Shown here one piece after another: positions 34,581-49,553 of a stretch of 64,000 nucleotides of DNA. The notes under the pieces were generated by a model, which was not told where the DNA came from, searched no databases, and saw only the letters and a program-made list of their open reading frames with translations. Source of the stretch: Antedon mediterranea (Eukaryota; Animalia; Echinodermata); the NCBI RefSeq assembly GCF_964355755.1, contig NC_092670.1:22430795-22494794 (forward strand), given 5' to 3'. The first letter of the stretch is position 1; every line of letters starts with the position of its first letter. The position numbers and the translations under genes were made by a program.

Positions 34581-37361
34581 AACCGCTTCCTCAAAACACA
34601 GATTTCTTGTACAAAATAAACTATTAATTGAATAATTATTTGTGTAATGTGGTATAGTATCTGTAATATTATGCTGATGATATTTTTTTCCTGGTAATAT
34701 ACTGTCTTGTCAGAAAATACAGTAGTTCAATAGTTTATTGGATCCTGGGTACACTACTTCTAATAAACTTAATTCCGTTATCGTCAGCCAGAGTTAAATT
34801 AACTACTTCAAGAATATTAAAATTAATTTATAACTGTATAGTACCAGTGAGAGGTAGAAATTTAATGTTTTTATTTTTAAACTTGATGGTTTTAATATAA
34901 TATAATAACTTGTGATAGAAGCAGCCAGCATATTAAAATTAATTTATAACTTACAATGTATGATACTGGTTAGAAATAGTTATTTAATGTTTTTATTTTT
35001 AAATTTGAAAATAGTTGAATAATCTTTGATATAATTTATACCAAATGTATTAATTTAGTCTTCATTAATCATCCGACCTTCCCAGAATTCTTCCATTTCC
35101 CATAATTATCTGTTCTTATCTTAAATGTCTATTGTCTATTTCCACTTACTCACTGATTCCGGCACAACCATTTCTGCGCATACAAAGATCTAATATTATT
35201 GTTAATGCCATCGTTTGTTATTTTATAATCTATAATTTTCATATATATATATATTAATGTACATAAAATGAAACATATGTAATAGATGCAACCCATCAAC
35301 TAAAGTATATCAATCTGAAAAAGGGAAATTAAAAATTAAAAAATATTGTTATGTATCCATATAAATACCAGAGTCATGTTATTTCCTCCAGTTATTACTG
35401 TTAGAAGTATTAATATTCCTCAACAATTTAAAATAGGTACTACACAATGGTTGGTTCCCACTGCAGACATAAGCAAGACTGATTTGACCAATCACAAGTG
35501 ATAGATCATCCAAACTGTCCCTTGTGATTGGTCAACTTGCTTGCGTTGCATCTCAGCTAGTGGAACAAGCTACTGAGATTGAACTATGCTATAACCAAAA
35601 ATAAGACCGACTACTTGTAGTCTTGACAGTATGAATGAATATTTTAACAAAATTCCATCAAATTCTTTCACCTTGATAATACATGTTTGTTATACTAAAG
35701 AATAATTGTAGATTCATAAGTATTGCTGTTTGTATGTAACCTTTGGAATAAAGGATACTGTATTATAAATTGAATAATCTGGTTGTGTTTTGTTTTTGCT
35801 GAGGCACTCATACAGGTAACAGGGATGTCTTATTTACCACCTCATGGTAAACTAAAAATAGGTGGTAATAGCTACATAATAAACTAAAAGGACACTTAGA
35901 GAGGGTAAACTTCTACCTAGACATATGAAAATGTAATGATGTGTTCCATGCAGCTATGAAAACATCCTTTAAAATTAATAACATTTTGAGTATAATCGAT
36001 CCTGCTAACTAACAAATAGTCCAGTTCCCCTATGTATTTTCTTGTGAAAATCATAGGGAAATGTAAACATTGTGTTTTATTAATATTTGAAGCTTGCTGG
36101 TTATAAAAAACCCATGTCAAATTTCTAAAATTCATCTTTGACCTCTGACCTCAATTTGAATATTTTGACCAATTGAAAACAAAAATGGTCATATCTTTGC
36201 AACGCTTAGATTAAAGGAAATAATTTGAGTGTCAAATTATTTGGGAAATGCATATTAATATTCATTGTAATGGAATCCGTACGATTTAACAAATAAAATG
36301 GCTTCCATATTCATCACTCCGAATCCGTTCACAGAAGGAAATTTGTACAAAATCCGGACAGATTTGATGTGAACGCTTCTATTCTTTAACCACTATACTC
36401 ATTTTCCAAATTCCGGACTTGGCATGAACGTAGCTTAAAACAAGAAACATGCGATCAACCACATAACCTGTCACCATTGTGACGGAAGTAATACATTTGT
36501 ATGATGTCACTGGTAGTTCCTATGATTCATGAAATGCTATGAGCAGGCTAGCAATGAGAGGGAAGTGGATTGCGGCATTGGGCAAGCAATTTCGATTGCC
36601 TTTTCGTATTTCAAATATCTTACTATATTATAGTATCGTTTGGCACATAAAGACATTGAAAATTGTTTTTACAAAACAATCGACAGGTCAGAACTATAAT
36701 GAGAACACTACACAACCGTACAGTTCCTGAACACTGTACTACCATCGCACAAGGGACAACAGTAAGGTTATCAAAAATATTAATTAAAACCACAGCTCAC
36801 TGTTTTCAATTTTAATCATAATTTAATCATACAATATACACATTATTATTAATATTATATAACCAATTTATATACCTCGTTTAGAGTACCACTATTTTGT
36901 ATGTAATGTAATACATCTTACTATCACCAAAACTGATATAAACCCACCCTGGGGAATAACCACACTTATATAAGTATTGCAAATTATGTATGTACAAAAT
37001 GACCTATGTATTTATAGTGCTTATATGAAGGGTGACTTTATATGTTGAATACCTTATTTTCCCTTCAGTATATTAGTTATATAAGTTATCTTAACTGATT
37101 TTCACATACAAAAGATGTCTCAAAATGTTTTAAATTATTAAAATATACTGTATGTAAATTACAAAACATGCAAACATATTTAATCAATCTACTCCAATTG
37201 TGTGATAAGAGGAATAATTTCACGTTGCCCATGCTATATTAATGATCATGTTTCCTGATTAGTTTATAAAACTGTCATGAGTATCATTAGGATTCTTATG
37301 CAATTATCCCAGCCTAGTAATTTGTTGTCACCTATTTCCATTGTCTAATGTTCAACCGTCA

Positions 37362-38867
37362 TCAACCCCAGGCTTCACTTTTACAGTAATGTAAAACAAG
37401 CTTGCCATCACTACCAAAGCACTGGAAAATAACCACAGGTAGTTAAATTAACTTTAAAAAAAACATCTAAACTAAAGCAGTACTGATGAAATTAAATGTC
37501 GTCATAAAAAAACCACATTCAATATCAATATCGTTTAAGCTCTGTCTACACATCAAACTTTATGTGACAAAAAAGTGTGATGTGCCCAAATATGGTAGTG
37601 ATATGCTTAAAAAATGGTAGTGATAATTATACAAAGTAATAGACATTTCAAAACTTACTTCAAATAAATTTAAAATTGTTTGGTCAGGAGATGGTGAAAA
37701 TGCTTGGTTGACATAAATAAACTGAAAAAAAATATATATATATATTAAGTAATTAATTAATTAAACTGTTACATCTTTACAAGCGCCTTACCAAGGCTAC
37801 CCCTTACCCTCCACACAACCCTTGACCTAAAGAGACATATGTCACCAACAAGAAATCAGCATGTGTAGCCAGGGGTGGATGCAGGATTTTTTTAAACACA
37901 AAGCCAACATAGTTAAAAGTCTGTGACAAATAGACATCAAAGGTAGTTCATAGATTAATTTTAGCTGTCAAAAGAAAAGGAGGGGAGCATGTGCTCCTAG
38001 TGCTTACCCTCCCTGGATCCATCCCTAGTGCTCACCCTCCCTGGATCCATCCCTAGTGCTTACCCTCCCTGGATCCATCCCTAGTGCTCACCCTCCCTGG
38101 ATCCATCCCTAGTGCTCACCCTCCCTGGATCCATCCCTAGTGCTCACCCTCCCTGGATCCATCACTAGTGCTCACCCTCCCTGGATCCATCCCTAGTGCT
38201 CACCCTCCCTGGATCCATCCCTAGTGCTCACCCTCCCTGGATCCATCCCTAGTGCTCACCCTCCCTGGATCCATCCCTAGTGCTCACCCTCCCTGGATCC
38301 ATCCCTAGTGCTCACCCTCCCTGGATCCATCCCTAGTGCTCCCCTCCCTGGATCCATCCCTAGTGCTCACCCTCCCTGGATCCATCCCTAGTGCTCACCC
38401 TCCCTGGATCCATCCCTAGTGCTCACCCTCCCTGGATCCATCCCTAGTGCTCACCCTCCCTGGATCCATCCCTAGTGCTCACCCTCCCTGGATCCATCCC
38501 TTAGCACCCTCCCATTTTTCCATCATATTATTGTCAGTATATCAAAATTCACCTACCAGTGACTCTGCAGGGTCACATTTAATGTATTTTCTTATAAAAT
38601 CTGATATTCCTGCTATTGTATTAGTTGGTTCTACTGCCCATTTCCTCTTTTTCATAATCGGTGCATCCCCTGTCGCCTTCAACAACACATCAACTACAAA
38701 AAAAAGTTTAATGTTTAATTAAGTTGAATGGAATAAAATGGAATTATAACTGTACATTAGATTAAAATTTATTGCCATAATAAATTACTTTTCTTCTTCT
38801 TGGTAACTTGTTGGGTTGATCCGGTAGGAACTGAGGGTTTTGCTGAATCAAGGTTTTGTTCTGCCAT
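37362..38867 (-). CDS. ATG12: Ubiquitin-like autophagy protein ATG12, 112 aa; exons 38867-38789, 38693-38557, 37721-37659, 37421-37362
   Basis: MAEQNLD...[26 protein letters not shown]...DPAESL|FIYVNQAFSPSPDQTILNLFE|CFGSDGKLVLHYCKSEAWG*; C-terminal Gly; missed by the ORF track. Confidence 0.96.
37995..38505. repeat. 28-bp minisatellite, about 18 copies, in an ATG12 intron
   Basis: Unit CCCTAGTGCTCACCCTCCCTGGATCCAT; nearly identical copies. Confidence 0.95.
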
Positions 38868-39900
38868 AGTTGAGAAGGAATTCTGTTGAGAAACTGTATC
38901 AAAAAAAAATATGCAAACAAATTAATATGAATACAGTAAATTATTAAAAAAATTAAAAGGTCAATATCTGATTTACTGTGTTATGTTTATGGAATAAAAA
39001 ATGGTTAGATTTGAATATAAACAAGTGATTGTAATAACAAATTCAACATTTTGTCGGAAGTTTTTTCTTTGCTATTTCTAGTCGGGACGAAACGACTCTA
39101 TTCTCACATTATGAAGAAAACATGTCTCTCCTTCCCTATTATATTATACTCTTCTGATGTACTGCCGAGCCTACCAGGACCCAGCCTAGCTATTTGGTTC
39201 GATATCACTAGCTAAATATACACTATATTGTTACATACTAATTCAGGTAATGTAAAGAACGATTTAAATATTAATTCAATAGTATGTGTTTGTATTATAT
39301 TATAATATAATAAGCAATTTAGCATACCTTCAACATAAAATAAAATGTTTTTATCGGTGTCGCTGACACGCACAAAACAACCAAAACAAAAAGGTACAAG
39401 CCAACAAAAGTTTAGTTTGTAAATATAATTTGGGGAAACCCCACGTTCTTGATTCTGTCTCCACTTTTCTCTCCTCCCTTCTTGTCGTTTGAGTTTCAAG
39501 AATCAGGTATTTAAGTACCATCGTTTAATTTTAAAAACAAAAAACGATTATACTGATATTTTATGCTTTATTATTCTATAGCCAAACATAGGCCTAGCCT
39601 AGCTAGTAGAGTAGTAGTAAGTAGGCCTAGGCTAGCCTACCTAGTTAGGAGGGGTAGCCTTGTTGAGCCGTTATTTCACACTAGCCTGTGGTGGTGTAAA
39701 CATATATCCATGTTCCGCATTTTTAAAACTTTCATCATCGCTTCAGCTTTCATGTGGTGGTGGTAATACTACTGCTGCTATGTAGGCCTAGTGATCACAA
39801 ATTGTTGGTTTGTTTAAAATATCTTTTACCAATTATAAAAGAATGCCCCTCTATACCTATGCTATAATATATATGTTTGTTGTTTGTATTGTTAACAGAT

Positions 39901-42900
39901 ATGGGCGTAGGAAATGTGTACACAACAATAGCCGCAGCCATTGGCGGCCTTGGACTTCTCATGATTCTTCGGAGATATATGTTAAATAAAAAAATTAAAA
40001 AACTACAAAGTAAAGTTGTGGTGATCACAGGAGCTAGTTCAGGTGTTGGCGAAGGTGAATAAAATGATTTAGATAATATAATTTTTACAATTAATATTTA
40101 CATAAAAATATGTGATTTAAATGTACTAAATTATATACTTTCCAGCATGTGCTCACGCTTTTTATCGGTGTGGTTGTAAGGTGATACTGTGCTCAAGAAG
40201 ACGGAATGAACTAGAAAGAGTTAAAGAACAACTAATGTCTTTGCAACTGGTGAGAATTATTTATAATCAATATTGTCTTATCATTTTCCAAATTTGTCAC
40301 TACTTTTTTCTTTTCTAAAGAAAAACACAAATATCTAAAATATCAAATCTCATAGAGGTAAACTTTGATTCATAAAAAAAGCCATGGCCATGATTTGAAC
40401 CTAAGATCATTTATAAAACAAACATTTTACCACTAAAGTTTTCTTGTTAATAAATATCATTTATAAATACAGGTAGTAATGCTATAATACTGTACAGTAT
40501 TACTATTTTATAACTTATTTGCACTGAGAAAGGCTTACTTAGGGTTACCCAAAAGCTTTGCAATTTCTTTCTGGCTGTTTTACTTTATCGTTTTACTTAT
40601 TTTTTATTTTGTATCTCTATTGAGATACAGCCACTGATACCTGCAGCATTGTCATTTTTTCAGTAATTTGCTTTTTGATTTGTGCATAAAGATTAGTTAT
40701 AAATACATAATAATAACCGTTATATTTTCTTTCATAGGAAATTGAAACATATACACCAGTAGTCGTGCCCCTTGACCTTGAGAATACAGATGACATTAGA
40801 GTACGAGCCATCGAGATCTTGGAATGCTTCGGTAGAGTTGACGTTCTTATCAACAATGGCGGAATTAGTTTTAGAGGCACAGCTAGGGAGACAGATATTG
40901 ATATTGATAAAAAGATTATGAATATCAATTACTTTGGAGCTGTTGCATTGACAAAAGGTGATTGTTTTTTGGCATTATCATTATCAGTATGCTAGGTATG
41001 GTTGCATGGATGGTTGCATGGATGGTTGCATGGAGTAGAGTTGTAGCTTGATGGATAAAGATCCTGGGTTAAAATCCTGTCAGATGTCAGGATTTTTTCT
41101 TGACAAAAAAACAATATTACGTATCAAACAATCAAATGACAAGCATAGACTTTTATTAGGTGTGTTTCAATAATAACAGTGTATTAATTAATTATGGTCA
41201 TGTTTCACTCCTAGTTTTATTAAATTCAATGATCTTTGAAGGCTCAGGCCACATCATAGCTGTCAGTAGTATTCAGGGAAGGATGGCAATCCCATACAGG
41301 ACTGCATGTAAGTATATCACATTATAAGTCATATTCTCAAATATTCAAAAATTGTTCCATTTAGAGTATTTTTAGATCAAAGAAATGTATAAATTAGACA
41401 ATGATAACATGAACATGGTCAAATGACCTGTGTTCAGATCCGAACCACTTACTATCACTGCATCAGTGTTAAACGGTTAACTGAAACAAGTTTACTTCTA
41501 GGTTGGTCCTCTCATTTTTCATTCCTCTGTATTATTTGTAATAGGGCATTTTGATGAAATAAATGTTTGTTGAAATGAATTGAACTGGACCACAACAGGT
41601 GATTGCATAGAGTAGAACCCCATCTCAGATGAAACCTCTATTATGGGATACTTTCCAAAGAAATGAATGAGTAAATCAGTTTTTACACACATTTCCAACC
41701 CCTATTATGGGATACTTTATTGGGTCGTGAAGGTGTTCTACTGTATTCGTAATTCTGGTATTGATACAATAATTAATTTGATGAAATTTATTAGTATTAT
41801 GATACATCATGATCTTTACGGGGATTGCATTTAGTGATTGAGCAACTGTCCAAGATATTGTACACTTAACCATAGTAACATTCTTAAGCATCGTTTCTAA
41901 TGCTTATTTTACACCAAATATTATAATAATATATTATAATATTATAATATTATAATGGTGAAACAAGCTGTCGTGTTTAAAGAAAGTTAATAATAACAAT
42001 AATAAGAATTATAATTGTTTCCATAGACACAGCATCTAAATATGCTCTGCAAGCATTTTTTGATAGTCTCCGTGCAGAAGTTGCTGACAACAACATAAAT
42101 GTCACCGTAGTCAGTCCTAGCTACATAAACACAAACTTGTCATTGCATGCGGTTTGTAGTGATGGATCAGCTCATGGAGGTACAGTGATTTTGAGATGGG
42201 AGTTTGGGTATCCTACAGATTAACATGTGTCCTTATTTTAATGGGATGGTTTATGTAGTAATCAAAAGTGGGTTTGGATTTTGGGAGGAGTGTCATAAAT
42301 TGATGATGACACAAGGTGGGCAGAGGTCACATTTGCTGTACATTTTTGGCAAGCCATTCATGTTATTGTTAGTGTATAATCAAATTTTCTTTAGTTAAAG
42401 AAACTGATCAATACGTCTCACAATCAATATTAAATATATTGGAGGAAATGGAAAAATCTGGAGTCTTCCACACTGATCTTGTTGAGGGAATTATCAATTC
42501 TAAAGCTCTGTTTACACTATCAAACTAGTTTGACAAAAAAAGTGTGATGTGCCCAAATATGGTAGTGATATGCCCAAATTTGTCATGTCCATAAATGGGC
42601 ACATCACATTTTGTTGTCACACAAAGTTTGATAGTATAGACAGAGCTTTAAGAGTCTGTTGAAGTTGATGACCCATTTTTTGTTTTTTATTAATTATATA
42701 ATATATTCTTTTCTAGTAATGGATTCTACAACAGCAAAAGGTATGTCAAGCAAGTATGTAGCAAACCAAATAGTCAAGGCTGTGGTGACAAAAAGGAAGG
42801 ATTTGATGCTAGGCCCCATCGACCACAAACTGGCAGTACACCTCAGGAATCTGTTGCCTTCACTTTATTTTTGGATCATGAAAATGCGGGCTAGAAAGGG

Positions 42901-42919
42901 TTCAAAAGGCGAAGATTAA
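39901..42919 (+). CDS. DHRS7B: Short-chain dehydrogenase/reductase 7B; exons 39901-40054, 40146-40249, 40738-40957, 41215-41307, 42027-42179, 42717-42919
   Basis: N-terminal hydrophobic anchor; [12 protein letters not shown]; [11 protein letters not shown]; [14 protein letters not shown]|YTASK (YxxxK); [12 protein letters not shown]; MDSTTAKG. Confidence 0.92.
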
Positions 42920-43765
42920 CACCTTTTTGTGTTTTATTTTATTTACAAAATTAAAAGAGCTAACTATGGCTAATTTTTCTTATCAAATTTGAGTTGCACT
43001 GTTTTAAACTTAAAGTGGTTTACCAAAAAATATTTGCGCTCGTATAGATGAACTATAATGTGAACCATTTAATTGGAATTTTTACGCAATTAAAATCAAA
43101 TGTCAAGATTAGCATTTGCATTCCAGTGAACAGATATTTAGTTTTTAAAGATTTTGTTTTTAGGAATTGCAATAAAATATTGTAATAGTAATACATTTTA
43201 CTAAAACAAAATGTCAAATTGTTATTCAATAAAATGTAAAAAAGGATAACCCTTTATTGACTTGTAGTTAAACTACATTTTAGTTGTAAAGTGTAAAAGA
43301 TGATACGTGATAGACAAATAACCAGGTGAAGTCTCAATATCAGTCAGATGTTGCCCATTAATTTATGTACCTGCTTGGTGAACAAATGACAGAGTGAACA
43401 GTGACAATTTTAGTCAAAGGACCAGAGAATGCTACCATCTACACCAATTTTAATTTAATGCATACGGTACATCCGTTTGTTTCAATTTGATTGACATTTT
43501 GGATAGATGGACTGATTACGTAATTTATAGCAGCCAGGGGGTCCGGCCAGGTCAGCTTTTAAAAGATTTTTTAGTAGCTTAGGGAGTAAACATTACCTCA
43601 GCATGATCGTCCGAATTTGGAGTGATGTTCTGGAACGTACGAGTCGTCGCGATGGTATTTCATATATTTCGGTATTAAATAATCTGCTACTTTTAAAGTT
43701 AAAAATAAGCTGATATAAAGTATTCTTTTCTTGTGTATATTTTACAAAAGATCTGGTGAGATAAA

Positions 43766-46700
43766 ATGAGTGCTGACGAGCCAGTAGGACGTGAAGTTAA
43801 ACTATATGTTTACGATTTAACAAAAGGGGTGGCCCGGTCGATGTCGCAGGCATTCCTTGGTATGTATGCGGCGTATATTGATTATGTGAGGGTGGTGAAG
43901 CTCATTATGTAGTATCTTTGGCCTAGCACATGTGGCCTAGCTTAGAATTACACGAATTTCAAAATTGAGTAGAGTTATACAAGTTAACAATAACACCTTT
44001 TAATTTTTATGTATATAATGAAAATGGGCCTAGCGCTAATTTTTATTCATTTCATCTATTAAATACAAATATTTTAATTTGTTTGTAATTATTTTGCCTT
44101 TAAATTTATATTAATTATTATTAATTAGGCCTATAGGGCCTATTATTACTATTTAATCCATAGGCCTACTAGTAGTAGTACTAGGCCTATATAATTTATT
44201 ATTATTATTATTAAAATAAATATTAATACCTAGCCTATAGGCCGCCGTAATAAATGTGTTTAGTATTAATTTCTATAAATACCTACTTAGGCCTACTCAT
44301 AAAAAGTAAGTCTTGTCTTAGGCCTCCTAGTATTTTATTTATTTTTAATTAAGCCTGTAGAATGCTAGCCAACTGTTCTGCTGCTGGGGGCTGTTTTCGT
44401 CTAATCCATCTATTTCTGCAGCTGTCTCAGTAGTTAGTACTCAAAAATGTATTCACAAAATTGCAGAAAATAATAAAGAACATGTTTACTTTCGCTTCTA
44501 GAACTTCTACCTAAAATGTTTTAAATCCCCCACCGCCGAATATACACTACTGTAGTACTATTCCTACTGTATAATTAAATTTTCACACAATTCATTCAAT
44601 TTATTGTATTGTCCTACAAAAATGAAAATTTAAGATGAATAAAATAAAAACTTAAAACAAAACTTGTTGTTAACTTGCACAGAAAAAAAACCAATTATTT
44701 GATTTAAAGACAAAATAAAAACTGTTAAATCGAACATTGGTTCCAGTTGACTAGTAGTAGTTATTTCTTAAAATTAGGTTTTTTCAGGTAAATCATTTTT
44801 TCATGCTTCAATTGTTTGTTAGGTGACTATGGACCTATCACTGTAGGTCCATGATGTGACAATAAAATGATAAAAAATCAACCCAAAAAAATTATTTACA
44901 AATTATTCTTTTTCATAGGGACAATATTATGTACAAATGTTATTATAAATGTTTTGATTGGTATCTTAGGTTCATTCTAATTTTAGCAACTACATGAATG
45001 TTGATATCTTGATTAACAGGTAAACAGCTGGATGGGATATGGCATACATCAATTGTTGTATTCGCTAGAGAATACTTCTTCGGAGGTGGCGGAATTGAGA
45101 CCTGCCGACCAGTAAGTCAAAACCTGCTTTTTTCTGATTGTCTTCTCGCTTTGAAATGAACTCCCATTTTTGTTATTGAAGATTATTCAACTTTCTTTTA
45201 CAAGGGTAGCTCTTCTAATATTCATACATGTACAATAAATTCAATAAAAAATAAACTTTAAAGTTCATATAAAAAGACATTGGTATCAAATATTGCTTAT
45301 AATATTATTATCTTTGAAATATCATTTTAACTTGATTTTAAAATCAGAATAAGATATATTGCATTGATAATCTCATCTCTCATGTGTTTTTTTTATTGTT
45401 GATATATTTTTTCACATTTTTTTTTTCAGGGTGGAACGATTCTTGGAAATCCTGACAATGTTGTTGAACTTGGCGATACTTTCTTAGATTACCCACTTTT
45501 TTACGAATACATTTCAAATTTAAGAGAAGATATGTTTAGGTTTGCAAAATTATTTTAAAAAATTAAATTATACTGTAGAAAGGCTTTTCATTAAAATTTG
45601 AATTTAAGGATATAGTCACTTGTACTCGTTGGGATAGCTACTCCATTCAGCCACCTAAATGAGAACCGGTGGTGAATCCAGGATTGTGAAATAAAGGAAC
45701 CATTTGAAGTAACTGTTCAAGATTTATAATATTATTTAGATAGTCTAGGCTTGTTAAACATTACTTAAACATTTTGGAATTATTTCACTGTTCACTAAAA
45801 CTGTTTATATTTTATTTATAGTGGAGAGAAGTATCACTTGTTTGATCACAATTGTAACACATTCAGCAATGAGATTGCGCAATTTCTCACAGGCAATGAA
45901 ATCCCAGAATACATCACTAGTCTTCCTCAGGAAGTGCTCGACACGTAAGTTATCTCTACGCCCGTTTTTCACTAGGCAAATTAAAGGCATTTATTAATGT
46001 TCATATATGAATATTCATATAGTTCCATCTACTGATCTCTGATGTGAAAACCAACCAATCAGATGAGAAATATAGAGTTAAGCACTGTCTACACTATTAA
46101 ACTAGTTTGACAAAGAATGTGTATGTGCCCAAACATAGTAGTAATATTCCTAAATATGTTAGTGATATGACATGTCCATATCTGGGCACATAACATTTCT
46201 TTGTCAATAGTATAGATAGTGCTTAACTTAGCATAATATACAGTAACACCATTTTTAAGTAAAGAAGACTATGTTACATTCAACAACTTTCATCACCTAA
46301 GATACCTTTCTACAATGACAATGTATTGCTGTGGTGAGTCTATTGCCCATCATTCCCGACAAAACATTATACAGGAAACCCTTGATGTTGAAAAAGTAAA
46401 TACTACATATTTTTTTCATAGGCCGCTTGGTGCTTTAATCAAACCTTTAATAGACTCAATGACAACAAATCCCGTCCCACCGAGAACTAATAGCTATCTA
46501 GAACCAATCCCGCAACCAAGTTATTTACAAGATGACGTCCCATCACAGGCCTCCGCTGCTGCTCCAGATGACCAGGCAAAAGTTGATGATCAAAGGCAAG
46601 TTAATGGTACGGAGGTCAATGGGGTCGGCGCTGATATTAAGGCAAGCGATGATGCTGAAATTCCTGTGAAACCAAAACTTCCAGTTGTGTCGAAAAAACA

Positions 46701-49553
46701 CATGTTTACTGATGCTAAGGTTAGAGTTTTAAAAAACAATGTCTATTTTTCATTGTGTTAAAAAAAAAGATGCGCAATTGCCATATAAATTGTTTAAATG
46801 TACAAATTTAGCTTTTTTCGTGCCGCGGCTTTAGCCAGCAATGTCCCAAGAGGACATACTCATTAAGAAGCTTTATCATCGCGGTAGCTATAGTTCTAAT
46901 GCCGACAGTTTTGGGAATTTGTAAACTCGACTATAATTTATAGGTCCCAGCTGCTGAACCCAAAAAAACGTCTGGGAAAAATGAGTCTATGAGGGCTCAC
47001 GGTTGAACGATTTTGGATTCTCGCCTTTTGATTTGTTGACGCGAATCAACAGACTGGGAATAATTTTCTTACTTGTACCACTGTGAAGTCACGTTGTCTC
47101 TAGAGGGTATTATTAACACCCACCAAAATTGGCATGATGTGATTTATAATTAAATAGCTATGTTAGATTTTGTGTATTTTTGCGATTAACCAACATATTT
47201 TTATTTTGTTACACATTTCCATGGTAACAAAAACATATTTTCTATAAATTATTAATATATCTAAAGAAAGAACAATGATTAATTTTATTAAAATGTCGAG
47301 CGGCGTTTTTTGTAAGAAATATTTCTTGTTTATTGCTGTTTTAAGAATCTTTTTTTTAATAAATGTTGAATGAATTTGAAATCGATGAATTTATTTCAAC
47401 ATCATTATTTATATATTGTTACTATGACAGCCAGGTGAATGTGTGCAATGCATTTTGGGAAATCTTCCAGAAGGTATGTTGACAGAGGAAGAGAAAATGT
47501 CATTGGAGGCACTTAGAAAATACCTCGATGAAGATATGGATCTAACTGGTATACCAAACAATGGTTTTCTTGCTGTTGGTAAGTTAGTAAATAAACATTT
47601 GAAAACAAGAATAAATTTGTATTTATTCATTTATTCATCAGTGGAAAATTGTTTGATCCGTCTGTACACTGGTTTACAGTACTTTTCCCTGTATGTATGC
47701 AACATCCTTCTCATTCTGTTTGATATTCATTGATAGGTTACGATAACTACATAAAGTGGTTAGTTTATTTCATGCTTGTAATTTTCTTTCCCTTTGAATT
47801 GCAGAATTTGGGAATAGGAAAGTGGGATTGGGTGGGAAGAGATTTAACAAAAGATCTAAGCATCCTCCCCACAGAATAAAATCTTGGAAACCTACATTTT
47901 TTATTTTTAAAAATTTAGGTTTCAAAGTCTAGAGTTTTTTATTATTAATTATTTTGTTTAATTAATAGGTAAATTGCTACAAACAATGGAACTGCCGCCT
48001 TGTGTGTTAGTGGCCGTCTTAGATTTGCTACAACTAGCCTTCTTAAACTTAGATGTTGTTAGGTTTATGTTGAGCAACGATGACCCTGTTATGATGACCT
48101 TTGTGAATGACTTGAATAATAAAACAATTGATGTGCAAGTGGCTGCTATCAAGATGGTTTGTACATTATTATACTATTATTAGTACTTTTTATTAATGTA
48201 AAGATCTGTATTGTTATTGTAATGAAGTCTCCCAGTATTTCATTTTTCTTCTAATCTAATGATGTAATACATTGATTTTATTTCTAATACTGCAGCTCTG
48301 TAATGTGTGCAAATGGGGTCAGGGCTATACATGGTTAGTCTCCGAGCAAGAATGGACTCTCAATGGAGCGACAACTCGTAATTGTACAATCACCTGTTCT
48401 CTCATTACATCTGCTTTGCTTTGCCAAAATATGCAGCTGATGGAAGTGGCTGCCACACTAGTCAACAACATGGCACAGCATGAGGTATGTAAAGCTTTGT
48501 CTACACTATCAAATTAGTTTGACAAAACAAATGTGATGTGCCCATATATGGTAGTGATATGACATCATCATGTCCATATATGGATACATGACATTTTTTG
48601 TCACATAAAGTTTGATAGTGTAGACGGAGCTTTAGCAATGAGTGTCTCTCAGTTTAGATATGTGCTTGCCATATTGTACAGTTCAGTCACTCTCCCACCA
48701 TTTAAAAACCCACTCAGCAGCAGATTTCATCCCAAAATTTGAACAACTTATAGAATGCAGCTTTTTTCATATTAAACTGCAGTCAATAGAATTGACCTGT
48801 GACATTAGCTTACATGTGACAATTACGTTACTTTTTAACTTTTACAGGTTTCAGAAGACATTGCTATTGAGCTTGGCAGTGCTATGCTGCAATGTATAAC
48901 TACGGTAGCTGATATTGCAGAAGGAACAGGTAAGCTGAGGAGGGGTGGCAGGGGTTTGAGAAGAAGGGACATGATTTCACTTATTGTAGGGTTTCATCTA
49001 TAGTAGATGTCCAGTAATATTATGCTACAGTTTGTAGGATAGTCAAGTCTATATAATTCTAATTCTAAACATCTTTGGCCTTACAAAATTACCTTAGCTC
49101 TGTCTACACTATCAAACTTTATGTGACACTAAAATGTGACGATGTCATATCACTACCATGTAAGCATATTACTACAATATTTGGGCACATCACACTTTTT
49201 TGTCAAACAAGTTTGATAGTGTAGACAGAGTTTTAGACTGCCTTTCACACCTGCTCCTGTCTGGCTCTGGCAAATATATGTTTCGTTTTCATGACGCTCC
49301 ACAGAGGTTATTTATTTCAACATCTACCAAAGGAACTTCCTGAATATGAATAATTTGAGAGCAACCACATTCTAACATCTTATTATTCCTTTCAGCATTT
49401 TTCTGTCTAGGTGGTCTTTATGGTTTAATGCAACATGGTGAGGTCACATGTCTTGCCTCAGTGATGGGATTGGATCCTCAAAAATATGCATCTCGCTCAC
49501 AAAGATTAGAAATACTGTGCGGTGACATGCTATCTGTTATGAACGAAAATTAG
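43766..49553 (+). CDS. DESI1: Desumoylating isopeptidase 1 (PPPDE peptidase) with a long C-terminal helical (PUL-like) extension; exons 43766-43859, 45020-45111, 45430-45539, 45822-45944, 46422-46719, 47431-47578, 47969-48156, 48296-48484, 48848-48929, 49396-49553
   Basis: [11 protein letters not shown]...G|[14 protein letters not shown] (catalytic His); [21 protein letters not shown] (catalytic Cys); the reading frame continues through six more in-phase exons. Confidence 0.88.
44828..44853. mobile_element. Mini-palindrome with a near-perfect 7-bp TSD (probable P-type excision footprint)
   Basis: aggtgac|TATGGACCTATCACTGTAGGTCCATG|atgtgac. Confidence 0.55.
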
